From the sequence record NZ_CP044080.1: a stretch of 64,000 bases of DNA, one strand, 5' to 3'. This document shows, in pieces, positions 18,476-26,843 of the stretch (the first letter of the stretch is position 1; each line of letters begins with the position of its first letter). The notes below the pieces were generated by a model. It had not been told where the DNA came from and did no database searches. It was given only the letters and a program-made list of their open reading frames with translations. Source of the DNA: a plasmid. The position numbers and the translations under genes were made by a program.

Positions 18476-19295
18476 CTATTTCCCCTTCGAAACGGCTCGG
18501 TTCCGCATCTCATCGAACGTAAATCCGGCGGGCAGCGTGACCTCGCTGACGGAGAGGTAGCCGCCAATGCATTCCGGGCAGACATGCCGGCCCTCCGGCA
18601 GCCATTTGCGCACGGCCTCTCCTATGGTGACAATTGTCTCGTTCGTCGCAGCTACGACAATCCGCCCGTTGCGCACCACGGCCTGCCCCGAGACCAAGGC
18701 CGGATCGAGGATCCGGCCGCAGCCCGCGCACAGCACCGTGGGCCAGGCGCGGCCCGGTTCCACCTGATCCCAATGCGCATTCACCGGGAGTCTGGCGGCG
18801 CGGCGCAAGATTTCCGGCAGCATTACCGGCCGGAAATCCCAGACATCCGCACCGACGTTGACGGAGTTACGGCTGCCCTGCCAGTTCTGGTGGAACATGC
18901 CCGAAAAGTTGCAAACCTTGGTGCCGTGCGCCGGGCCAGGTGATCATGGGATAGTGGCAGAGAAACAGCCGCCGCTTGTCGACGACGATGTCGGCAGTTT
19001 CCGCGACGCTGTCCCAGGGCAGGTCGCAGACCCAGTCGTCGTCATGGTTGCCCCGGATCAGGTGCCTGCGGCCCGGCAAGGCATGGAAGATGCCGCGAAC
19101 CTCGCGCCGTTGCGCATCGGTGGCCCTTCCCGCGGTGAAATCTCCCAGGATCCACAGATCGTCATCGGGTCCAACCCGGGCCCGGCACTCGGCCAGCTGG
19201 TGGGCGTTCATCGTGGCCACCTCCGGGAACGGGCGGTCGCAGAAGCGGATGATATTGCCGTGCGAATAGTGCGGATCGGCGGTGAACCAATGCAT
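18476..19295 (-). pseudogene. Calcineurin-like metallophosphoesterase with a C-terminal Cys-rich zinc-ribbon extension. Single-nucleotide frameshift near 18888 (possibly a sequencing error).
   Basis: Motifs DPHYSHGN, LGDFT, GNHDD in frame A. GHV(H)QNWQGSRNSVNVG is restored by deleting one C in GTTCCACCA. Frame B carries CAGCGR...CPEC. GGAGGG RBS. ATG lies 1 nt after the upstream stop. Confidence 0.6.
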
Positions 19296-19296
19296 G

Positions 19297-19770
19297 TCAG
19301 CCCTCCCTTCCGGAGGCGGTCCGGTCCGCCGCGTCGATCTCGCGCACCCACGTGATATATTCGGTCAGGAGCTTCTGAAGCAGTTCCGGATCATCGTTGT
19401 TGGTGAATCCGGGAAGAGTGAACCGGATGGCGGCGGCTTCGGCTTTCTTCCCGTTCAGGGATTCCGCCAGTTCCGCTGCGAGCGCGTCGATGGACCGGCC
19501 GAGCCGATACCAGCGCGATGCGGTCCGGGCCCAGCCGGCTTCGGGATCGATGGCGATGAGCTGCGAGGTGTGGATGCTTGCATTGCCGAGAAGCGGGTGA
19601 TCGGTCACCTCGCCCCAAAGCATCGTATGCCTGTCCGGCGAAATTGCCGCTTTCCAGTTGGACAGGACCGGCGCTTGCGCGAGGTCCGCCTCGGACGGCC
19701 CGGCCTCGGCGGCGGCGATGGCGCGCAGCACCTTGTCGAACCAAGCGCGGTCGCTGGGCGAGAGTTTCAT
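19297..19770 (-). CDS. Hypothetical protein, 157 aa, in the operon.
   Basis: GGAGAA RBS 7 nt upstream of the ATG. Tight coupling to the downstream metallophosphoesterase. No recognisable domain. Confidence 0.55.
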   Translation of the reverse strand: MKLSPSDRAWFDKVLRAIAAAEAGPSEADLAQAPVLSNWKAAISPDRHTMLWGEVTDHPLLGNASIHTSQLIAIDPEAGWARTASRWYRLGRSIDALAAELAESLNGKKAEAAAIRFTLPGFTNNDDPELLQKLLTEYITWVREIDAADRTASGREG

Positions 19771-19865
19771 GATGGTTTCTCCGGTTTGATGGCATGAAGG
19801 GGGCGGCTACGGCGATGCCGCAGGCGCGTCGGATTCCGGGAGGTATGAAAAAGGGAGGGGCCGGC

Positions 19866-20975
19866 TCAGTGGAGCGTCGGCCCCTGTTCCAGATCGGCGG
19901 CGCGTTGCAGCATGCGGGCCGCGACCCGAAGGCTGGGCTGATGCTGCCGCAGGGAGGGATGGCAGAGGATCTCGCAGATCGCCTCGATGGAGGTCGCGGA
20001 CAGGTTGCGCTTTTCGCCCTCGCGGCGCACGAAGGCCGTCAGTTCGGCGAGGGTGAGATAACGCAGCCGGATCGGCGGGCAGCGGCTCAGCAGCGGTTCC
20101 GGCAGCAGCCGATAGTCGTTGGATGTCAGCACCCAGATCACCCAGCTCATGTCGAACTTCACCTGGTAATAGGGGCAGCTCCAGCGCTGCGCGGTCAGCG
20201 GCTCCAATAGCGGCAGCAGCGCCTCGGCCAGACCGAAGGCCTGCCCGCTCGTGGATGTGGCCCGACCGGCCTTTTCGATCTCGTCCACAATCATGACCGG
20301 ATTGGCGATGCGGCTTTGCAGGACGGTTTCGATCAGTCGACCGGGGTAGGACCCACCCCAGCCACGTTGCGAACCGACAATGCCGAATGAGGCATTCTCG
20401 CCGGTGGCCTCGATCACCGTGGTTGACGTGGCCAGAAGTTCGCCAAGACGGCGGGCATAGCGGCTTTTGCCAATGCCGGGCGGGCCGTCGAGCAGGAGCG
20501 GCGGCATCCGAAACCCCGGCCAGCCCTCGCGCACCGAGCGGCGCATCGCGTGCCAGACCACCTCGGTGGCCGGGGCCATCCAGGACATGTCCCCGTGCAG
20601 GCCCGCGGCCAGTTCGTCGGCGTGATGCTCGTTCCGGATCCGGATCAGCCGGGCGCCGTCTTTCAGAACTTCAAGCCGCTCGCGATCATCGCGCTTCAGA
20701 TGTTCGAGGCCGGAAGCCGCCTTGCGGCGCTCCAGGAGCCGTTTGACCCGGCGCTTGATGCGGGCCTCGTCGTCATCGCTGAACCTGATGATACCCATCA
20801 GATCCGCGTCCGAGATATTGCTTGGCGCGCCGGCTTCGTCGGGCGGGGCCGGAAGATCCGGAGGGATCCTCCTGCAGCGCAGCTTGCGCAGATGCCGCAT
20901 GAAGCGGGTTTCGAGTTCAATGCGGCCCTCGTTCGGGCTGAAGAAACGGGCTTCTATGAAGGGGATGGTAGACAT
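19866..20975 (-). CDS. Lon-type AAA+ ATPase module without a protease domain (369 aa), with an N-terminal region of about 150 aa of unknown function.
   Basis: Walker A GPPGIGKS and Walker B MIVDEIEKAG. Extended similarity to the LonA AAA+ core (YPGRLIETV.., VIWVLTSNDYRLLPEPLLSRCPPIRLRYLT versus Lon VMFVATSN..IPAPLLDRMEVIRLSGYT). Confidence 0.65.
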   Translation of the reverse strand: MSTIPFIEARFFSPNEGRIELETRFMRHLRKLRCRRIPPDLPAPPDEAGAPSNISDADLMGIIRFSDDDEARIKRRVKRLLERRKAASGLEHLKRDDRERLEVLKDGARLIRIRNEHHADELAAGLHGDMSWMAPATEVVWHAMRRSVREGWPGFRMPPLLLDGPPGIGKSRYARRLGELLATSTTVIEATGENASFGIVGSQRGWGGSYPGRLIETVLQSRIANPVMIVDEIEKAGRATSTSGQAFGLAEALLPLLEPLTAQRWSCPYYQVKFDMSWVIWVLTSNDYRLLPEPLLSRCPPIRLRYLTLAELTAFVRREGEKRNLSATSIEAICEILCHPSLRQHQPSLRVAARMLQRAADLEQGPTLH

Positions 20976-21050
20976 GGGATTACTCCGGACATGTGGGGAC
21001 TATCGGCTGGGAGGGGCCCGGCCGGGGAAGACGCGTTGGGAGAATGGCGA

Positions 21051-21839
21051 TCAGGCGCCGGGGAAGATCAGGCCGCGCAGCAGCAGTTCTGCCTCACCGC
21101 CCTCGGGCACCTCGTCGGGATAGCCGAGAGAGACGTTGACAACCGGCGCGCCGCGGATGCGGGCCGAGAGCGGCCGGTGGGTATGGCCGAAGAACCAGTA
21201 ATCAGGTCGGTGCGCCTCGATCCAGCCGTCAAGATCCGAGGCGAAGGCCGGACTGATGCCGGAGATCGGACCGGAGACCGCCGGGCTTGGGGCGTGATGG
21301 GTGATGACAATGGTCTGTCCGCGCCAGGGCTTGGCCATCTCCCGCGTCAGCCAGTCGAGGTGATCGCGGTGGATCTCGACGGTATCCTCGGGGCGGATGA
21401 GCCTGCCCTCCGCCCGGCAGATCCGGGCGTAGTCCAGCATCCCCATCCCGGCGTGGGCCATGGCCGCCTCCGGATCGCCGGTCAGTGCGAAGTCGGTCCA
21501 GAGCGTGCAGCACAGCAGGCGGCAGCTGCCGAAGGTCAAAACCTGCTTCTGGGCAAGGCTCGCCCCGGCCTCCGTTACGATCCGGACCAGAACATTGTCG
21601 TCGAGCGTGGCGCCGTAATAGTCATGGTTACCGGGAATGACCCAGATCCGGGCGGGCGAGACCAGCCGCCCGAGCCGGGACAGTGCCAGGGGCCAGCTCC
21701 GCCGCGGATCATTGGCCAAGTCGCCCGCGATGATCAGCGCGTCTAGGTCGCGCAGCACGGGCACGATGCCGGCGAATGGATCGCGCCCGGCGTCGGCCCA
21801 GAGGTCGAGATGCAGGTCGGCGGTGATCAGGATGTTCAT
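21051..21839 (-). CDS. Calcineurin-like metallophosphoesterase (262 aa). First gene of the operon.
   Basis: All five MPP motifs: ADLHLD, AGDL, GNHD, ITHH, GHTH. Start is the ATG at 21839 (MNILITADLH). The longer annotated ORF upstream is an extension. Confidence 0.8.
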   Translation of the reverse strand: MNILITADLHLDLWADAGRDPFAGIVPVLRDLDALIIAGDLANDPRRSWPLALSRLGRLVSPARIWVIPGNHDYYGATLDDNVLVRIVTEAGASLAQKQVLTFGSCRLLCCTLWTDFALTGDPEAAMAHAGMGMLDYARICRAEGRLIRPEDTVEIHRDHLDWLTREMAKPWRGQTIVITHHAPSPAVSGPISGISPAFASDLDGWIEAHRPDYWFFGHTHRPLSARIRGAPVVNVSLGYPDEVPEGGEAELLLRGLIFPGA

Positions 21840-22071
21840 TGGATGCGCACCTCTGCGGCGAGAATGGGGTTGGGCGCACCGTGCCCGGCTATAGCGTGGC
21901 CGGCTTTGGCCGGCGGGATGATGGAGAGCGGAACAACAACCTGGTCGCGCGAATGTCCTGAAAGCATGGATATATCCCTTGAAAGCAGGCATGATGGATC
22001 GGAGCCGTGGCACGACATGCCCGGCGCTGTGCGGGTGAAAGCCGGAAGGACGATTCCGGTCCGTGGGTTGG

Positions 22072-22422
22072 TCAGAGGAACGAGGGTTTGCGCACCGAGG
22101 CCCCCGTCACGGCGCGCCAGTCGATCCCCTCGAACAGCGCATCGAACTGCACCTTGCTCAGCACCACCGGCCCGGCCTGCGGCTTCGGCCAGGTGAACCG
22201 CCCGCCGTTCAGGCGCTTCATGGTCAGCACCAGCCCGGTGCCGTCCCAGACCAGCAGTTTCAGCCGGTCGGCGCGACGGGAGCGAAACACGTAGATGGCG
22301 CCATCGAAGGGATCGAGCTCGAAATGGTTGGCGACATGCGCCGCCAACCCGTCCATCCCCTTGCGAAAATCGACCGGTTCGGAGGCGAGGAAAATGCGGT
22401 AACTGCCGGCGGGGGAAATCAC
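22072..22422 (-). CDS. tnpB: IS66-family accessory protein TnpB (orf2). Orphan: no tnpC follows.
   Basis: YRIFLASEPVDFRKGMDGLAAHVA...LKLLVWDGTGLVLTMKRLNGGRFTWP matches the IS66 Orf2 consensus. Confidence 0.8.
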   Translation of the reverse strand: MISPAGSYRIFLASEPVDFRKGMDGLAAHVANHFELDPFDGAIYVFRSRRADRLKLLVWDGTGLVLTMKRLNGGRFTWPKPQAGPVVLSKVQFDALFEGIDWRAVTGASVRKPSFL

Positions 22423-23006
22423 TGCGAAGCCCTCAAGAGGGTAGGGCGTGGCCGGCAGGCATGCATCAGGCGAACAGTCCGAGCAAATTCCGAAAGCAGA
22501 CTTTCCAGCATCCTTGGGTCGATGGGCATATAGCCTGCGGCCTCGATCATGCCTATCTGGCTTGCGATGCCGTTCAAATGCGAGGGTGCCCGTGACCGTT
22601 GCTGGGCGAAGGGAAGTCCCAGACGGATCAAGCCCTGCAAGCTGCGGGCCCAGCCGTCGGATCGCTCAATCGCCAGCAGTCGCGGTGTCAACACGGAGCG
22701 GCACCCGAGGCGGGGATCATCCATCAGAACTCCCCAAAGCGCAGGAAACCCTTGCATGGAAAGGCAGGGCTGCCAGGCCTCAAGGACGATCGCGTGTGCG
22801 AGATCGTTGGGGCAGGGCGGGTCCGCGCAAAGCAAGGCAAGAATGCGCCCGAAATGCGTTTCGGTAATCGACTCGGGGGCTGTTGTGACCTTTGAGTGGC
22901 CTTGAAGGGATGGCGAAAGTTGCTCGGCAGCCGGAGCGCGTGAGTTGATAGAACAGGACAGCATCTTCAGCGGACCTTTCAGCATAACCTGCTGTTCAGG
23001 GAACAA
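22419..23006 (-). CDS. Hypothetical protein translationally coupled to IS66 tnpB (ATGA overlap). Possibly a divergent IS66 orf1-like accessory protein.
   Basis: ORF of 195 aa whose stop overlaps the tnpB start. No recognisable motifs. Confidence 0.35.
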   Translation of the reverse strand: MFPEQQVMLKGPLKMLSCSINSRAPAAEQLSPSLQGHSKVTTAPESITETHFGRILALLCADPPCPNDLAHAIVLEAWQPCLSMQGFPALWGVLMDDPRLGCRSVLTPRLLAIERSDGWARSLQGLIRLGLPFAQQRSRAPSHLNGIASQIGMIEAAGYMPIDPRMLESLLSEFARTVRLMHACRPRPTLLRASQ

Positions 23007-23365
23007 AGGTTCTCCGACGCAGCAGCGACGACATTGTAGCTGGCCAGCCAGTGCTCGGAGGCTATCGCTGGTCAGTGCCTAAGGTGTTGCTGAAATGTTC
23101 CCGCGGCGTCAATCGGGCCGAACGAGTATCGCAGTGGCCTCGGCCTCTGGTTGGAAGGGAAAGCGAGAAAGTCGGTCTTGACTGTAAGAGATTGAAATAT
23201 ACCAACATCGATCAGGTCGACGGTCCAATGGTAAACATTTGGCCAACCAATGGTCGCCGAAACGGGCCAAATGGCTTCTTTTTGGCCGTCGGTTCACAAA
23301 TGCCCATGATAGATCGGTATTGTCTGTGAATCAACCCATGAGTATCACGATAGAAATAATGAAGA

Positions 23366-24108
23366 TTATGTAAATAACATTGCTTTGCACCTCTTCGTCT
23401 CAACTAACGAAGCGAGCATCATGCTGTGGAGCGACCCGCATTCTAGTATCAGCCTGGGCTGCCCGCAGCGCAATGGATTGTCATCGGCATCGGTGTAGTT
23501 CTGCCTGCTCTCCGGCTCGTCGATGTAGCCCGACCGGATGTGGTTCCCGTTAAACTCGATGGTGTCGCCGTGGATCATCGATCCGGGCCACTGAACGGTC
23601 TGGTCGCGCCATCGGAAGGAGGGCAGGACGATCGCGATCTGCCAGGGCGATCGGCGGATTTAGCGAGGGAAATAGCCCTCTGGCCCGCAGGCCGTTGCTC
23701 ATACAATTCGCAGCGTACTGCTCAGTCCCAAAAAGTCATCTTCGAGAGCGGCCCGTTTGCGACCTCGTTCTTTTACGCCTTAACGGAGGAAAGGCTGCCG
23801 CGATCTGCCTCGAGGCGTCACGCTCAGAAGATACTCAGCAATGCCCCTGAAATTTCAGGCATGCGCGGGATCGAGCCAGGCCCTCTGATCAGGCGGCCAT
23901 AGCCATGGTCGCAGGCACGGACCTCAACCGTATGCGGCGGCTGCGCCCCATTCGTCGCTTGCGCGCTCAGCGTGCTCTCGGCCACGTTCGAGAGATTCAG
24001 CGCGCCGAGATAGTCAGGCGGCGTATGTGAGTGCTGGCCGTAATCTCCCCAAAACGGCTGGATGAAAAATCCCCATTCCGGCGCTTTTGCCGATGATCCG
24101 GGGGGCAT
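23366..24108 (-). pseudogene. Decayed gene remnant(s) in a lower-GC segment. Broken reading frames, 5' end removed by IS21-A.
   Basis: Protein-like stretches in different frames separated by stops (..FIQPFWGDYGQHSHTPPDYLGALNLSNV.. and ..MIHGDTIEFNGNHIRSGYIDEPE..). GC content near 50% against about 67% elsewhere. Confidence 0.25.
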
Positions 24109-24125
24109 GCCCCCCGGATCATCGG
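24090..24125. repeat. Perfect 36-bp palindrome CCGATGATCCGGGGGGCATGCCCCCCGGATCATCGG abutting the IS21-A left terminus.
   Basis: Read directly. Equals its own reverse complement. Confidence 0.8.
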
Positions 24126-24193
24126 AAGCGCAGAATTCCCCCTGCTGATGCCATGGGAAAGGCGCGCAGGTGGTTCGATTGAGGGAGATTGTG

Positions 24194-25418
24194 ATGATCT
24201 TGGAGTTGAGGCGGCAAGGGCTTGGAGTCAGCGCGATTGCGCGACAGACCGGGCTCGATCGCAAGACGGTCCGGAAGTATCTCGCCCAGGGGCTCGAGGC
24301 GCCGGTCTATGGCCCGCGCGCCCGGGGTGAACGACTGGCGGAGCAATTCAGGGCCTATCTTTCCGAACGAGTCGAGGCCTTTTCGGGTCTCTCGGCGCGC
24401 AGGCTGCATCGAGAGGTCCGGGCGATGGCTATAAGGGCGCCTATTCCTCGCTGACGGAATATCTGCGGCTGATCCGGCCCGCCGCCCCAAGGCAATTCGA
24501 GCGGCGCTTCGAGACGGCGCCGGGCCAACAGGCGCAGGTCGATTTTGCCGAGTTCCAGGTGGAATTCGCCGTCGAGCCGGGCATCCTGCGCAAGGTCTGG
24601 CTGTTCAGCATGGTGCTCGGGCACAGCCGCTGGCTCTGGGGACGGTTCTGCCCGAACCAGACGCTGGAAACGGTGATGCGCTGCCACATCGCCGCATTCG
24701 ACGCCATGGGCGGGGTCTGTCGCGAGATACTCTATGATCGGATGAAGACCGCCGTCATCGGCGAAGATGCTGCGGGGGTGGTGACCTACAACGCGTCCCT
24801 GGTGGCCTTGCTGGGGCATTACGGTTCGGCGCCCCGGGCCTGCCAGCCCTACCGGGCCAAAACCAAGGGCAAGGTCGAGCGGCCCTTCCGCTATGTGCGG
24901 CAGGACTTCTTCCTCGGCCGCAGCTTCCAGGATCTCGACGATCTGAACGCCCAATTCGATGAATGGCGCCTGACCATCGCCAATCCCCGTCTGCATGCCA
25001 CGACCCAGAAGATCGTGGACGCGCATTTTGAGGAAGAACGCCCCCAGCTGCTGCCCCTGCCGCCCCGTCCCTATGAGGCGGTTCTGACCGTCGAGCGGCG
25101 GATCAGCCAGGAAGGCATGGTCGCCGTGGGCGGCAACCAATACAGCGTTCCCGACACCACCCGGCGGCGCATCGTCGAGGTCCAGAACCACCCTGCCGAG
25201 GTCAGGATCTTCGAGGATGGCGCATTGATCGCCAGCCACCCGGTGCTGGAAGGCAAGAACCAGCGCCGGGTCGATCCCAGCCATCGCAAGCCGGTCCTGA
25301 CCGCGCAGCGCGCCCTGCAACTGCCATCCGTGACCGAGGCTGCGGTCGCCCGCCGACCCTTGGCCTTCTACGAGGCAGTCGGCAGCGTTTGGCAGGCGCG
25401 CCGGAGCATCGCCCATGA
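24194..25418 (+). pseudogene. istA: IS21-family transposase IstA, disrupted by at least two frameshifts.
   Basis: N-terminal HTH (MILELRRQGLGVSAIARQTGLDRKTVRKYL) in frame 2. Middle part (PGDGYKGAYSSLTEYLRLIRP..QVDFAEF.., DDE core) in frame 1 after a shift near 24420. The frame does not terminate at the ATGA overlap with istB. Confidence 0.7.
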
Positions 25419-26260
25419 TCCCGGTCATCGAGAGGATCCGCCAGAGCCTGGTCTGCCTTCACATGGCCCGCGCCCTCGAGACGCTGGATCAGATCCTCAG
25501 CCGGCTGGAGAAAGGCGAGATCAGCGCCATCGAGGCCATCGACGAACTCCTGGCCGAGGAACTGAGCCTGCGCGAAGGTCGCCGCATCGGCGTTGCCCTG
25601 CGCACCGCCCGCCTGATGCCGATCAAGACGATGGAAAGCTTCGACTTCTCCTTCCAGCCGTCGCTTGACCGGAACCGCATCATGGCACTCGCTCAGCTCG
25701 AGTTCATCCGCCGTGCGGAGGTCCTGCACTTCCTCGGTCCGCCTGGGACGGGGAAATCCCACCTTGCCACAGCCATCGGCGTTGCCGCCGTGAAGGCCGG
25801 GCGAAGCGTCTATCGCTGCACCCTCGCAGAGCTGATCGAGGCCTTGGCCAAGGCCGAGCGAGAGGGACGTCTCCCCGAAAAAATCCGCTTCTATGCCCGG
25901 GCCTCCCTGCTGATCGTCGACGAGATCGGATACCTGCCCATCACCACGGGCGGGGCCAACCTGTTCTTCCAACTCGTCAATGCCCGCTATGAAAAGGGTG
26001 CCATGATCCTGACCTCCAATCGCGGCTTTGCCGAATGGGGCGAGATCTTCGGGGATCCCGTGGTCGCGACCGCACTTCTGGATCGGCTGCTGCATCACGC
26101 TGTCGTCATCCAGATCGAAGGGGCCAGCTACCGCCTGCGGGCGCATGCCGATCTGATCCCGGAACACACCCGCTCACATGCCGCAATCACTCCGCCGCCG
26201 CCGCCAAAGCGCCGTGGTCGGCCGCCCAGAAATGGAGGCGCCCATCACCTGCAAGGCTGA
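25415..26260 (+). CDS. istB: IS21-family helper ATPase IstB.
   Basis: Walker A GPPGTGKSHLA and Walker B LLIVDEIGY, plus the IstB C-terminal motif. Confidence 0.9.
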   Translation: MIPVIERIRQSLVCLHMARALETLDQILSRLEKGEISAIEAIDELLAEELSLREGRRIGVALRTARLMPIKTMESFDFSFQPSLDRNRIMALAQLEFIRRAEVLHFLGPPGTGKSHLATAIGVAAVKAGRSVYRCTLAELIEALAKAEREGRLPEKIRFYARASLLIVDEIGYLPITTGGANLFFQLVNARYEKGAMILTSNRGFAEWGEIFGDPVVATALLDRLLHHAVVIQIEGASYRLRAHADLIPEHTRSHAAITPPPPPKRRGRPPRNGGAHHLQG

Positions 26261-26334
26261 TCGCCAAACCCGTAAAGTGGGGAATTTTGCGCCAGCACTT
26301 CTGGGGAAAGTTGATCCAGCATTTACAGACGAGG

Positions 26335-26483
26335 TCATTGTGAGGCGATGGTCTGCTTTGCATGGGCCCAAGGCATCAAGGCGTCGATGTCCTTGGCCAA
26401 GTGTCCGTAAGCAAGACGGGTGAACAGGTCGCGCAGGTAGGCGTAGGGTTCGACGCCGTTCATCTTGCAGGTGCCGATCAGGC
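26335..26483 (-). pseudogene. tnpC: 3'-terminal fragment of an IS66-family transposase TnpC, truncated upstream by IS21-B.
   Basis: Reverse translation QVSLIGTCKMNGVEPYAYLRDLFTRL...IDALMPW matches the conserved IS66 TnpC C-terminus. Confidence 0.6.
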
Positions 26484-26561
26484 TGACCTGTTGATTTCCA
26501 CCGAGACGTGACCCGGTTTTTCCACCGAGAACTGACCCACCTTGAGATTATGCGAAGTGGG

Positions 26562-26802
26562 TCATGGCTGGGTCAAGACATTGCTGGCCTCCTTCTTTTT
26601 TCGGGCGGCGGCTTCGATGCTGGCCTTGAAGCGGAAGCTGTCGTTTCCAGTTTCCAGGATGTGGCAGCGGTGGGTGAGGCGGTCGAGGAGCGCCGTGGTC
26701 ATCTTGGCGTCGCCGAAGACCGTGGCCCATTCGCTGAAGCTGAGATTGGTGGTGATGATGACGCTGGTGCGCTCGTAAAGCTTGCTCAGAAGATGGAAGA
26801 GC
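26562..26802 (-). pseudogene. istB: IstB C-terminal fragment (IS21-B), fused to the IS3 end.
   Basis: [50 protein letters not shown] is the IstB C-terminal region. The annotated ORF starts inside the IS3 inverted repeat. Confidence 0.75.
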
Positions 26803-26843
26803 TGAACCGCCCCGGGTTTACCGGAGAGTTTCTGGTTCAATGA

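Larger units (their letters stand above)
24126..26340 (+). mobile_element. IS21-family insertion sequence A. istA is frameshifted and istB is intact. Ends approximate.
   Basis: istA-istB gene pair. Terminal inverted GAATTCCCC-containing repeats near 24129-24140 and 26279-26292. Confidence 0.65.

Noticed and set aside
21836-22018. 60-aa ORF between IS66 tnpB and the metallophosphoesterase gene, considered as a truncated IS66 tnpC start.
   Set aside because: The translation does not resemble the TnpC N-terminus and it has no RBS. More likely promoter or leader region of the operon.
26491-26538. Tandem direct repeats TTTCCACCGAGA(C/A)(G/C)TGACCC, considered as a possible CRISPR-like array.
   Set aside because: Only two copies, and an inverted copy is present at the other IS21-B end. 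These are IS21 terminal multiple repeats (IstA binding sites).
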